Origin: Octopus sinensis
Lineage: Eukaryota
Reading direction: 5' to 3'
NCBI RefSeq assembly: GCF_006345805.1
Contig: NC_043015.1
Span: 47,058,001 to 47,122,000 of the forward strand
Length of the DNA stretch: 64,000 nucleotides
The notes beneath the pieces were generated by a model. That model was given only the letters and a program-made list of their open reading frames with translations, was not told the DNA's origin and made no database searches. The translations under genes were made by a program, and so were the position numbers. This document shows positions 49,683-63,218 of this stretch, piece by piece. Numbering within the stretch: the stretch's first letter is position 1; every line of letters begins with the position of its first letter.

Positions 49683-50199
49683 TAGTGTGGGGCAAAGAGG
49701 ACGGACGTTTTTGAAAAAATTCTCAAAATCGTTAATTTTAGCCGCGAACAAATTTTATTGACATCAATGTGTTCGTATTGAATTAGCATCTGTCACAATC
49801 AAATGTGGAAGATAGCATGTCATGTGGTGTCTGTTCTTATTGATGCATTTCTAAAGATGTTCCGGGGTCGTACTGTTTGTGGCACCCCCACCGGTCTCTT
49901 ATTCATTAGTGTACCATGTGTATGAAGTGCATTCACCCAACATAAGATCATGTTATGGGTGGAAACAGCCTGATTTCAGTGAATGTTGAAATGGCACCGA
50001 AACTCACACTGTACTGCTGTGACAGACTTGTTATTCTTCACATAACTGTCATAGGTAAACACATGATGCTCTATCATCCGCAGTGCCATGGCTTCATCTG
50101 AAGGAAAAAAAATGCTAAGACACCACAGACTGAATGTCCCTTCCACTGGGGTTGAGTAATAACCAGTTCAAAAACGTCCATCCCCCTGCCCCACCCCTG
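49683..50199 (-). mobile_element. Internally deleted Tc1/mariner-superfamily element with N-terminal HTH remnant
   Basis: TA flanks, ~32-bp TIR (C/T)AG(G/T)G..GGGGC...GGACGTTTTTGAA. From 50089: MALRMIEHHVFTYDSYVKNNKSVTAVQCEFRCHFNIH*NQAVST. Confidence 0.8.
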
Positions 50200-50975
50200 T
50201 ACGTTCTAGTTGCCAAGAATGTTTTTAATATGTAAATTGATCCATCCAATCAACTTAGTGACTATTTAAGCAATGTGTTAGTGGATAGTTAGTGTATTGC
50301 ATGTGGTACTGATGAAGGTGCAAGAACTCCTAAAATATGTATATACACTCATGACCTATTTTTCTATATCTGATCACATTGTTTACACAGATACATTTAT
50401 ATACGAAATATAACTTTCAGTGCTGGCTCTAAATTCTATAGAAAATCTATTGAGATAACTTAAAAGTTCTAATAACATAAGTTTTTCTATGAGAAAAGGT
50501 TGCTAACGGCTTGTTCAACTTTTCTCCATTATTAGATAGGGAAAGGCAGTGAGCTGGCAGAATCATCAGTGTGCTAGATGAAACGCTTAATGGTACTTTG
50601 CCCGTCACTGCATTCTGAGTTCAAATTCCGCCGAGGTTGACTTTGCCTTTCATCCTTTCAGGGTCAATAAATTAAGTACCAGTGAAACACTGGGGTTAAT
50701 ATAATCGACTAGTTCCCTTCCCCAAAATTTCAGGCCTTGTGCCTGTGCCACATAAAAAGCACTAAGTCCATTCTGCTGAGTGGTTGGTGTTAGGAAGGGC
50801 ATCCAGCCATAAAAATCCTTCCAAAGCAGTCACAGAAGTCTGGTGCAGGCTTTGGCCTGGCTGGTTCTTGTGGAACCGTCCCACCCATGCTAGCATGGAA
50901 GGTGGACATTAAACGATGATGATGATGAAGTGCCTATAGTAGAAAGGATTATTAGATAGATAAATAGATAGATGG

Positions 50976-51221
50976 ATCACCAAGCATAGATTGGCATATT
51001 TTGGTCATATTATGCAGTGAAAATTCCTGGAGAAGGACATCATGCTCGGAATGGTCAGTGGCAAGAGAGGAAGAGGCCGACCAAGAACCCGCTGGCTTGA
51101 CACCATCAAGAGAGATACCGGAATGGACATAGCCAATCTGAAAGAAGCAGCCCAGGATAGAACTGACTGGAGGACGCTGATCCATCGAGTAACCGAGAGT
51201 CAACTTCAACTGAGCGGATAA
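50976..51221 (+). pseudogene. BovB-like RTE LINE ORF C-terminus
   Basis: ITKHRLAYFGHIMQ*KFLEKDIMLGMVSGKRGRGRPRTRWLDTIKRDTGMDIANLKEAAQDRTDWRTLIHRVTESQLQLSG*. Confidence 0.88.
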
Positions 51222-54200
51222 AAGAAAAGAATAGAGAGAGAGACACTATAGGTGGTCCACTGCGACGCTTCTTGTGATGAAATGCAACTGATTGAGAGAG
51301 GGAAAGAGAAAACAGAAGAAAATATCAGTACCCCTACCACAATTTAACTGGTACTTTATTTAGCAACTGTGGAAGGATGAAAAGTGAAGCTGACCATGTT
51401 GGGATTCAAACTTGGAATACAGTGAGCCAGAACAAATACCACCAGGTATTTCCATATGATGCTCTAATCTAAATATCTCTCACTATTAATTCACCACCTA
51501 AAATCACACCCTACCATCTTTTAAAAAAGGACATGTTCTATTATCTGATCTTAGCTTCCTCTACACACAGGATAAAAACAGGATGACCACAGCTGGAATG
51601 CTTTAGATCATGGGGTTGCTCAAACTGATCTGTCTTAGGCAGCAACGGTGGTCCTTCGCATATGGTATATCAAAACCGAAACTGTTTGTTCGGCAACTTC
51701 TGCAAAAATTTTTTATTTCTTTAATTTTTTTTCAGTTGAATTGCTTATATTTCTGTACTTTTTGTGTATGTATGTATGTGTTTATGTGTATATATATTTG
51801 TTAATGTAAATATATATATGTATATGCATATTTGTCTATGTATATTTATGTAAGTATATGTATGTATGTGTTTATGTACACATATATATATATATATATA
51901 TATCATCGTCATCATCGTTTAACGTCCGTTTTCCATGCTAGCATGGGTTGGATGGTTCGACTGGGGTCTGGGAATCAGGAGGCTGCACCAGGCTCCAGTC
52001 TGATCAGCTCCAGTCTGATCAGGCAGTGTTTCTACAGCTGGATGCCCTTCCTAACGCCAGCCACTCCGTGAGTGTAGTGGGTGCTTTTACATGCTACCAG
52101 CACAGGTGCCAGGGGAGGCTGTGCTTTTAATGGTGCTTTTAATGTGCCACCGGCATGGAAGCCAGTCAAGGCGGCGCTGGCATTGGCCACGTTCAGATGG
52201 CGATTTTTATGTGCCACCAGCACAGGTATGACAACTACAATTTCCATTTGAATTTTATTTTGATATTGATGTACTTGACTCAATAGGTCTCATATATATA
52301 TCTATATATCTATATAATATATATATATATATATATACAATTTAAAAACAGGATAAAATCTTTATAAGAAATTATCAAGTAGTTAGTGTGAAAAACCTCA
52401 TAAGGGAAAAATTTATTAATTATTCCCTTTAAATATATTTATTTATATTAAGGGGGCGGCGAGCTGGCAGAAACATTAGCACACTTCTGAAAAGACCCTA
52501 TGAAGGAGGTGTCTGAGGATCCTCCTTGGAATAGTGGGTAACAGAATGGATGGATGGGTGGAATCATAGCTCAGTCATTCTCATTGCAACTCCTGCAGTA
52601 ACAATGAACTCTTACAAAAGACAGATGAATTTAAATATTCATATTGAAAAGATTACGGACACATAATGAAAATATTCTGAGATTGAATGAAAAATATTAA
52701 ACAGTAAAAAAAAGAATTAGCAAAATGTAAAGGAAGGGTGACACTGATCGTGGTACAAAAAAAAGAACTAATTGAAATATATCGTATCCTGATGACAACC
52801 CCCCACCCCACCCCACCCAAGGCAGAATACATCTTAATTGTGATAAACTGCTGAAATGTGTCCAAATAGTACACCACAAACATTCCTTAGCTACATCATG
52901 ATTTTAGCCCAACAACTAGGTCAGTAATTTCCTTAGCATTTTAGCTCATTTCTGCCCAAAATTACAGTCATATGGTATTGTTTTTGTCAATAATTAGCGT
53001 GATATTGCCATGGAAAATGTTGTCAAACAAATGATAGTAGCTAACAATTGTGCATCTAAAGAGGTAGATTTATTGGTAGTCAAGTTTTTTGTGTAGTACA
53101 TAGCATTTATTTATTTCTTAGTGGATTTCTTGTATTAAGGTCAAGGGAATCTTAATCAGTTACATTCCAGGCTCTTTCTGTTGTAGGAACAAGACATAAA
53201 ATTTGTGGGGAGCAGGCTACTCAGTTTCACTGATCCAGTGCATATTTATTTCTTTATTGCTCACAAGGGGCTAAACATAGACGGGACAAACAAGGCACTC
53301 CAGTGCGTAACTGGTACTTATTTAATCGACCATGAAAGGATGAAAGGCAAAGTTGACCTCTTGACACTTCTTAGTGATCCTGACAGTTGATCTTCTAGGA
53401 TTTCTCAGCTCAGCGTTAATGTAAGAAACATCATTGGCTCAGTTGAGCTCTTCCACTACCTCTTTACAATCCAGCATGCTGCAGTCCCTGTACAATTATG
53501 GGTTGCCCTTTGGCAAGGCATAGCCCCCCCCCCTTTAACCACTCTGCCAGGGATGTAGAGAAGTCAATGTAATAATAAAGAAATTTAATGCACTTATTCA
53601 TCGTCCACTACCACCGAAAGTTAAAATTTAATAACTTTCTCATTGGAAAGTTTAAAAAGTGACGTTTTGTTTTGCAAAACAGGAAATCCTTAGAAAACTG
53701 AGTTTTGCTTTTTGTGTATTTTTATTTATATTTTATTCCCCCCCACATTTTTTGGGTGTGTGGGTGGAATGTAATATACATATGCAACAGGATACATATT
53801 TAACACAACTAAACACCCACCAATTAAAATAAATGAAAACAGTGTATTTAAAAATGAAATATTTATATTAAAAGCAATAATGCACTTATGTACTTCACCC
53901 TGCATTTCAAAAATAATGGAAACTGTAACTATTAAAAATGATGGAACAATAAGTTAAAACCATATAGTTTTAATATATCCTAACCCCTCCTCATCATCAT
54001 CATCGACATCATCATCATTATCATCATCATTTAGTGTCTGTTTTCCATACTGATATGGGTTGGACAGCTTGACAGGATCCAGTAAGCCCCAGGGTTGCAT
54101 TGAACTCCAGGGTCAGCTTTGCCATGGTTTCTATGGCTGGATGCCCTTCCTAACACCAATCACTCTACAGTAAGTACTAAGTGTCCCTTTTTTTTTCTTT

Positions 54201-54845
54201 TTTTCATGCCACTGGCACCAGTGAGGTGGCCAGCTAACTTGCAAGAAGAGAAAGGACATGAAAAAGGAAAATGTAAAAAGACCCTTCAACCAAGTGGGGT
54301 GGAGAGTATTTGAGAGGGGGTGGAGTTTTATGCCAGATGTTGAGAGGCTGGTTTATATATACATGTAGCCGATGATAGTACCACCTGATTGGCAATTGTG
54401 CCAGTGGAACACTAAAAGCACATCCGAGCGTGATCGTTGCCAGGGCCATGTATTGGCTCCTGTGCTGGTGGCACATAAAAAGCACCATTCGAGCGTGATT
54501 GTTGCTAGCGTTGCCTTACTGGCACATGAAAAACAACATTTGAGCCTGGTCCTTGCCAGTGTCACCGGAGTGGCTCCTGTGCAGGTGGCACATAAAAAAA
54601 CACCTTTTGAGTGTGGTCGTTGCCAGAACTGCCTGACTGGTCCTCATGCCGGTGGCATGTAAAAGCACTCACTGCACTCTCAAAGTGGTTGGCGTTAGGA
54701 AGGGCATCCAGCTGTAGAAACTTTGCAAGATCAGATTGAGCCTGGTGCAGCCTTCTGGCTCACCAGTCCTCAGTCAAACCGTCCAACCCTTGCCAGCATG
54801 GAAAGCAGATGTTAAACAACAACAACAATGATGATGATGATGATT

Positions 54846-54985
54846 AAGGTGGAGAGAAGTTGTAGAAGAGGAAGACTCATGAAGACATGGGATGAAATAT
54901 TGAAGGCCGATCTCAAAACACTGGGCTTTATGAAGAAGATAACAAAAGACAAAGATATGTGGCACATTGCTGGTATGGTCCCTGG
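54846..54985 (+). pseudogene. RTE LINE ORF C-terminal fragment
   Basis: KVERSCRRGRLMKTWDEILKADLKTLGFMKKITKDKDMWHIA. A related YAVLEETHQAK* occurs at about 42050-42085. Confidence 0.75.
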
Positions 54986-54995
54986 CCATGCCTAT

Positions 54996-55385
54996 CCAAC
55001 ATGGAAGCACTCCGTCGGTTACGACGACAAGGGTTCCGGTTGATCCGAATCAACGGAACAGCCTGCTCGTGAAATTAACGTGTAAGTGGCTGAGCACTCC
55101 ACAGACACGTGTACCCTTTATGTAGTCCTCGGGGATATTCAGCGTGACACAGAGAGTGACAAGGCCGGCCCTTTGAAATACAGGTACAACAGAAACAGGA
55201 AGTAAGAGTGAGAGAAAGTTGTGGTGAAAGAATACAGCAGGGATCACCACCATCCCCTGCCGGAGCCTCGTGAAGCTTTAGGTGTTTTCGCTCAATAAAC
55301 ACTCACAATGCCCGGTCTGGGAATCGAAACTGCGATCCTATGACCGCGAGTCTGCTGCCCTAACCACTGGGCCATTGCGCCTCCA
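54996..55385 (-). mobile_element. SINE family C
   Basis: Near-identical to 717-1101. Confidence 0.9.
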
Positions 55386-55634
55386 CACACCTGTCTAACA
55401 TATGCCAGCATGGAAAACAAACATTAAATGTTGATGTTGATGATGATGATGATGATAATTATGTGTTAAAAGCTGCAGAATAGTTATTCATTAAATGACA
55501 TAAATTAGAAATCATATAACACTCGTTCACCTTTTTTCTCTTTTTTCCCATCAAAATATATAAAAATGGTGTAATATCAAAATGATGAAATAATACATTT
55601 AAAACTACATAATAGGAAGAAAAAGGGTACATAC

Positions 55635-55702
55635 CTCCTTAATTATTGAAACTGGGACATTTCTGACGTGTCTTTGAGCCTTCTTATGTCCCATGAAACC
55701 AA
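55635..55702 (-). CDS. Gene A exon (68 nt, phase 1-0): GFMGHKKAQRHVRNVPVSIIKE
   Basis: Acceptor aactgtttag|, donor GAG|gtatgt, single open frame. Confidence 0.7.
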
Positions 55703-56377
55703 CTAAACAGTTATCATGTTAATATACAAGCATTCAAAATGTGACCGTGTGTGTACCGTTGTCGATTTTTTTTTTTTCCTGTCTTCCCTTCTCTGGATCT
55801 TTCCTTCTCCTATGTTTCCTACGAAGAGCTCCGCTCGAAACGTTAAACCCTCCTTCTTTCCTTCCTTGCTGAGCATCCAATAATACTATATTTGTTCCAC
55901 GTCCTCGCGTTGTTGTGTTTTTTTGTGCTTTCTTGTTTGGATTAACTTAATATACAAGCATTTGTATAGTTGTCTATACTTACCTTCCCTTTTTGTCAGT
56001 ATTTTGTAGTGACTCAATTTACTAGGTCAACAAAGCTGACTTGGTACTTAACTGTACAATAGTTTTACTATAGTGATAATAGTTTGCTACTTCTGGGATG
56101 CAGACACCTAAAATTGCTCTAGTGTTTTTTTTTTTTTTTGTGACTACCACGTGGCAACTCTTTACTCTTTTACTCTTTTATTTGTTTGTCATTTGACGGT
56201 GGCCATGCTGGAGCACCGCCTTTAGTCGAGCAAGTCGACCCCAGGACTTATTCTTTGTAAGCCTAGTACTTATTCTATTGGTCTCTTTTGCCAAACCACT
56301 AAGTTACGGGGACGTAAACACACTAGCATCGGTTGTCAAGTGATGTTGGGGGGACTAACACAGACACACAAACATAT

Positions 56378-56412
<35 letters not shown>

Positions 56413-56838
56413 TGATGGGCTTCTTTCAGTTTCCATCGACCAAATCCACTCACAAGGCTTTGGTCGGTCCGAGGCTATAGTAGAAGACACTTGCCCAAGG
56501 TGCCACGCAGTAGGATTGAACCCGGAACCATGTGGTTCGTAAGCAAACTACTTACCACACAGCCACTCCTGCACCTACATGAAATTTTGCACAAAGTTAG
56601 AGTAAAATATGAATAACAACCACACAAACTAGTCACGCATGAAAGAACACATTAATGAGTTATCATACTTTTAATATTTCATAATTATATCTGTTGCCGT
56701 CTTGGATCCGAAATTGGAAACTAGGCCAATGGCATGTGTATTAGACTGCTTTTTTTGTTGTGAAGGAAAGATTGTGATGTACAGAATGTTGAAACAAATC
56801 TGATTTCAGAAAAAATAAGATCGTGAACTTAAATTTAC

Positions 56839-56909
56839 ATACAATTAGAGGCTCTTTTTCTTGGTTTTTACTTGAAATATTTTCACTTACTGAGACTCGA
56901 TTGCAAATC
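56839..56909 (-). CDS. Gene A candidate bridging exon (phase 2-1): ICNRVSVSENISSKNQEKEPLIV
   Basis: Acceptor cccattaaattcaaag|, donor T|gtaaat. Chosen because it restores the phase; competing donors exist nearby. Confidence 0.3.
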
Positions 56910-58672
56910 CTTTGAATTTAATGGGAATGGGGAAGGGGTGTTATGAAGGGTAAATTTTGTCTAACCCCCGAAGCATGTCAAATGTTAAGAAATACATGTG
57001 GTAATCTTTAAAAATAATAATGATAATGATGATGATGATGATGATAATAACAATAATACTTGTAATATTAACAAGACCAAAGAAACTCATCAATTTTCTC
57101 TCATCTCTCTCATCCCTGTCTTACACTTTATTCTTCTGCTCTCATCTTCTTCTCTCATGCCTGTATCTCTATCTCTCGATTTCTTGCATGCATGCATACA
57201 CACATATGTGTACATGCACACACAGGCACTCCTTTCTCTCTCACTCCACATCTCTTCATTCCAACCAGAAAATTTTGAGAAATGATAAAAGTATCCACAC
57301 ATGCAATCAATATTGATTCCAATCTGCTTTACTATAAGTAACTTGGACATTTGACATATGTGACATAAAACAGTTACTGATATCCATCTTCAGCTTGTCT
57401 TCATTAACAACACTTTATGTTGGTAGCTTATTAATGATTGCATAAATTGAATCAAATAAATACAAAGGTCCCAAAGCAGTTTGTTATATGACCAGGTTGC
57501 ATTGTCCATGTATGGCATGATAAATGCACTCAAACAATCTTGATCATACAGTCTACAAACAAATTTCTCCACTGTGTGTACCAGACCACCTTCTACCGAG
57601 AACGTTGAAATTGTTGAAAGGCTGCTTGAAAATGAATTATTTTACAGTAACTGTGCTACTACCTCCATCAGCTGGAAACCTTTACGCATGAAAAGTTGAA
57701 AATTTTATTACATAAATACACTAATAAAATGCAAAAAAGATCATTTAAACTTTGAAATAACATGTACATTCAAGATATATCACATATGTACAAGACTATA
57801 ACAAGTACATAGCCACAAGGCCAGGCCTATGTAGCCTTTCACTATTTAAGATTTTGCCCACATGCCTCCCTGCCCCTCATTATGACATGAAGGAAACTCG
57901 ATAGGTAAACAGTCAAGAATGACGTTAGTGTTTCGTTTTGACTCTGTTCAACTTGAAGCCACCTCAACCATGCCATGACACGTCAACATTCAATAAGCTC
58001 ATGACTAATTAGTCATCTTAGTAGATCTTGAAACCTAGCTGCTGTAGATTGCAAATTCATTTCAAATTCCATCATCTTGATGGCACACACATTTTGGTGA
58101 CCTTCAACTAACACTATCTCCAAGACCCTGTGGCACAAGTTGACCAAAATTGACAGTATGATAGAAGATGGCTTGCTCTTCCTTCAGTAGTAGAAGATAA
58201 AATTCAAATCGGACCATGTTAATACCAAAAATTATTTACATCAAAAAGGTGCTTTTTTTCTATGAAAATCCCTATTTTTTACAATTTTTTGACTGCTGTG
58301 TCACTATTTTTCAGTGTATTTCAATCAGAAAAATGTTCACTTAAAGAGAATAACAAGCTACATAATTTGCTAAGCAGGTCTAACATTCCGCTTACGGGGA
58401 GCAACTTATATGTAACTTAGAACTTGTAGAATATTGTAGATGCATCTAGAGGTCAAGACGATTGTGAGAAATCAAGAAAAAAAAACAGTTCAGCCATGTC
58501 ATGTCAGCCAAGCCCTGAGCCTGTCTTGACTCTACACAGACCTAGTGACAGTGTAGTATTATTATTATTTCCCCCTCCATTTTCATCTTTAGCTCAATAG
58601 CTAGAGATCTAGGTGAATATTTTTAAAAGAAATCTTGGAATAAATAAATCGTTACCAAACATTATATCAAGG

Positions 58673-59067
58673 ACTAGAAGTATCGCCCGGCGTTGCTCGG
58701 GTTTGTTTCGACTCTTCAGAATTGGAATTTTTGAAAAGTAAAAATTTTGCATTATGTAGCTTGTTATTCTCTTTAAGTGAACAATTTTCTGGTTGAAATA
58801 CACCGAAAAATGGCGACACAGCAGTCAACAAATCGTAAAAAATAAGGCTTTTCATAGAAAAAAAGCATTTTTTTTATGTAAATAATTTTTGGTGTTAACA
58901 TGGTGCAATTTGAATTTTTTTCTTCTACAGAAGGAAGAGCAAGCCTTCTTCTATCACACTCTCAATTTTGGTCAACGTGCACTGCAGGGTCTTGGAGGAG
59001 ATAGTGTTAGTTGAAGGTTACCAAACCTGCCATACACAGACAACTTCAGCTTTATATATAGAGAGAT
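58673..59067 (+). mobile_element. Helitron/Helentron-like non-autonomous element; inverted partial copy at 58096-58370
   Basis: 5' ACTAGAAGTATCGCCCGGCGTTGCTCGGG and 3' ACAGACAACTTCAGCTTTATATATAGAGAGAT, the layout of Lep1/DINE-type elements. Confidence 0.7.
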
Positions 59068-59107
59068 TAGTACTGACCAATTGTACAACTGAATTCAGTT
59101 GACCCAC

Positions 59108-59354
59108 CTTCTATTTACGATGTCAGTACTAGATGCACATGTGCCTTGGCCTTCCAGTTCCATATTTGTTTCGTACACATCGTCAAATTCAACAAACCAT
59201 TTTGCTTTTTCCACGATGATACTTTCTGGACTATTTTTTAATTCTTTCCACAATGTAGCACATTCTTTGTACTTATTGACAACATCTGCACAGCCATCTT
59301 GTGCTGTGAGCAGCGAATGCAATGTGGTATATGATTGGTCGACATAGAAATCAT
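59108..59354 (-). CDS. Gene A exon (247 nt, phase 1-2): (D)DFYVDQSYTTLHSLLTAQDGCADVVNKYKECATLWKELKNSPESIIVEKAKWFVEFDDVYETNMELEGQGTCASSTDIVNR
   Basis: Acceptor tttgcattttgaaag|, donor AAG|gtgggt. Long open frame in non-repetitive sequence with protein-like composition. Confidence 0.78.
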
Positions 59355-62300
59355 CTTTCAAAATGCAAATTAAACAACCATGGTGGCTGGTTTACGATTA
59401 TTCTGAGAAGTTACTTATTTTTCCCACATTAACTTACAGATTATTTATATAATTGCTGAAAATATATTAAAAATTTTTAGCTTCAAGCTTTAGGATTCTC
59501 TGAATTAAAGGAACTTCCAATGCTTGGGAAGCCCTTGAGTCATGACTCATCTTGGACCATAGCTAAATCCAACCCTGCATCTGTATCACTCATTATAAGT
59601 GAATGTGTGATGTTGATTTGTAGTGTTGATGATTTTTATGAGAAGATGGCATCTGAGAAAAAGCAATACGTTTTAAAAACAATGAAACAATAGTAAATTA
59701 TTTGTAACAGTTGAACTTGACGGACATACATCTATAAATATTTGCAAGTGAAATATTGGGTTAAAAAAAAAAACCCATGACTCACCTTCAACTTTTTTTC
59801 CATTGAAGGGTCTTTTAGTCTGATATTCTAGATGCTATCATTTATAGTTTTATCTTTTCTAGATTCTAACATTTAAAAAAAATTACCTCATATCTCTTGA
59901 AGGTTCTGAATTTTTAATATGTAAACATTTTACAATTCTCACTGATAAGAACAAAGCCCCTAAAATGGATGGAGAAAATTCAAAGTGTTGGTTTGGTCCA
60001 ATGGTAGAACATCTATCATGTTTACAGAAGATGTGGATTCCTGTCCCATGGGCAGGGCAGCCTTTGACTTTTTTCCATTCGAGGGTTTTTTTTTTCTTTT
60101 TAGCTCCAATATTCTACATGCTATTATTCATTGCTTTATCTGCTTTGGTTTTTGCCATTAGAAATAATTACAGCACCTCCCTCAAATTTTCTAAATTCTT
60201 ATAACATAGATGAAACAGTAAATTTAAAACAACAAATATTAAAACCACTGTCTCTGACTCCAATCCCTGCTCATTTATCTACAAAAAGGACAAGTGGCCG
60301 CATCCTACCCTCAGAAGTTAAGTAGATTAAGTATTTAGTTGAATTATTTGTTTATAAAAAAAGGCGGGGTGGGGAAAGCAATACATGTAAAAGGATACAG
60401 ATATTAAAACAGATAAAACACTTCTTTAAATTGTCGTTTTTAAAATTGTAATCAGATTAAAGTTTCCATAAATAACTAACAATTAATAATTGGAGTTTGT
60501 GATAGCAAGGAGTGCTTCCTGTGCTCTCCTTGCTCAGTTTCACTATACTCACATAGAAGAACCACTTGAGCATTTTTTACCCTGTCATCATTATCATTGC
60601 TTAACGTCTGTTTCCATACTGGCATGGATTGGACAGTTTGACAGGAGCTGGCCAGCCAAGGAGCTGTCCAGGCTTCAGTTGTCTGATTCAGCATGGTTTT
60701 TATGACTGGATGCCTTTCCAAATGTCGACCACTTTACTGAGTGTGCTGGGTGCATTTTATGTGTCACTGGCACAGGTGCATTTATGGGACACCAGCATGA
60801 GTGCATTTTAATTGACAACAGCACCTGCAAAAGACAGGCCTGTATGTATAGATGACGGTGAGTTTATTTAGCTTGACACATAAAATTACCGTCATCCACA
60901 AAATTTCATTGTGATCAAACCCATGTCGGAAATTTTCTACTAAGGCGGCAAGCTGGCAGAACCGTTAGCACACCGGGCAAAATGCTTTAGCAGTATTTCG
61001 TCTGCCATTACGTTCTGAGTTCAAATTCCACCGAAGTTGACCTTGCCTTTCATCCTTTCAGAGTCAATAAATTAAGTACCAGTTACGCACTGGGTCAATA
61101 TAATCGACTTTATATCCGTTTGTCTGTCCTTGTTTGTCCCCTCTGTGTATAGCCTCTTGTGGGCAGTAAAGAAATTAATTTTCTATTAGCCACTGATGAT
61201 TTGTAATTTAGATTGATGTTATAGGGGAGGGAAATAGGGATTTCTCCATTGCCTTGATGCCATCTTCTATTATTAAAAGGATGTGATAGTTGCTCTGGAA
61301 TTACAAAAGCATGTGGAATTATCAAGAACTCCAAGATGTCAACACAAAGGCTGTACAAAAGTTCTTCCCAAACATGTGGTCTTGGGTTCACCCCTTCTGA
61401 ATAGCACTTGGGCAAGGGTTTTCTATTATAGCCTTGGGTCAACCAAAGCCTTGTGAGAGGATCTGGTAAACAGAAACTGAAAGAAGCCTGTCATATTATA
61501 TATATGTGTGTGTGTGTGTGTGTGTCTTTGTGTTTGTATTTGTCCTCCACCACCACTTAACAACTGGTGTTGGTTTGTTTATATCTCTGTACTGATGACA
61601 TGTAAAAGGCATCCAGTACACTCTGTGGAGTGGTTGGTGTTAGGAAGGGTATCCAGCTGGAGAAAATCAAACCAAACCTGACTACTGGAGCCTGGTGCAG
61701 CTCTCCAGGTTAACAGTTCCAGTCAAACCATCTAACCCGTGCTAGCATGGAAAATGGATGCTAAAAGATGATGATGATGACGTAACTTAGTGGTTCAACA
61801 AAAGAGACCAATAAACTAAGTGCTAGGGTCAATTTATTCTACTATAACCATTCAAGGCCGTGTTGTAGCGTAGCTTCAGTCCAATTCGTAATTAATTGAG
61901 GAAGTGGTAATTATAGGAGTGTCAATCCCAGAGCTGCTACAATTTTGTCAGGGTCAGACACATTCCTCACTTAATTAAAATATAGAATGCTAGCATCCTA
62001 TTTTAACTAATTTCAATTATAATTTTATAGTTATCTCTCCATGCTTTCCACGTGCAAAATTAATCATTATGTTAATGAGTCTTTCTCCTCAAAATACTCT
62101 TTTACTTGTTTCAGTCATTTGACTGCGGCCATGCTGGAGCACCGCCTTTAGTCGAGCAAATCGACCCCGGGACTTATTCTTTGTAAGCCCAGTACTTATT
62201 CTATTGGTCTCTTTTGCTGAACTGCTAAGTGACGGGGACGTAAACACACCAGCATCGGTTGTCAAGCAATGCTAGGAGGACAAACACAGACACACAAACA

Positions 62301-63218
62301 CACACACATACATATATATATATACATATATATACGACAAGCTTCTTTCAGTTTCCGTCTACCAAATCCACTCACAAGGCATTGGTCGGCCCGGGGCTAT
62401 AGCAGAAGACACTTGCCCAAGATGCCACGCAGTGGGACTGAACCCGGAACCATGTGGCTGGTTAGCAAGCTACTTACCACACAGCCACTCTTGCGCCTTT
62501 TTTGTTTTAATCTTTTAGTCAGGAAGGGGAGTAGTGCTCATAACCTCTCTGAGACTGAAAGGGGTGGGGAATGAGTAAGGTATACTCAAACTGGAGACCA
62601 GGCCTAAAGCTTGCAAAAGGGTGGATTCTCCTAAAGGTACTCAAGATGCTAGATGTTGTTGTTAAAGCTGGTAACAGATTAAGTCTAACTCCCTAATTGG
62701 CCGTACTGGGATTTGAACTCTGAATGAAAAGAGTCAGAGCAAATAGTGCAATGCTTCTGCTTAAATGTTCTTATAATTCCTCCATTCTATTGTCCTGGAC
62801 TGCTACTTTATTTGTAATCCCTGTAAAGATGAAAAGGCAAATTCGGCTTTAGCAGGATTTGAACTCAGAGCACTTTGAGATAGAACAAATAATGCCAGTC
62901 ATTCTGTGTGATTAATTAAAATTTCTCAACTCGTTACATTAAACATGTGAACACTGACCTTACACAAAGTGGACGTTAAGTGAAATAAATATCACAGATG
63001 CTTCCCCATGCATAAACAGCTTGAGTTACATAAAGATATTGCAAGCTTTTCTTCTGGCAGTGACTAAAGCCATCACATTGTTGGAAACTCTTCTGTATCT
63101 TCAGAAGACATTTGCCCAAGGTGCCACGCAGTAGGACTGAACCTGGAACCATGTGGTTGGTAAGCAAGCTACTTACCACACAGCCACTCCTACATTATAT
63201 ATTCACAACCATTTAGTT

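Noticed and set aside
60178-60288. Minus-strand exon candidate INEQGLESETVVLIF..
   Set aside because: Good acceptor but weak donor, and the phase is incompatible with exon 59354.
61190-61348. Minus-strand open frame LCVDILEFLIIPHAF..
   Set aside because: Acceptor present but no credible donor; it runs into a SINE.
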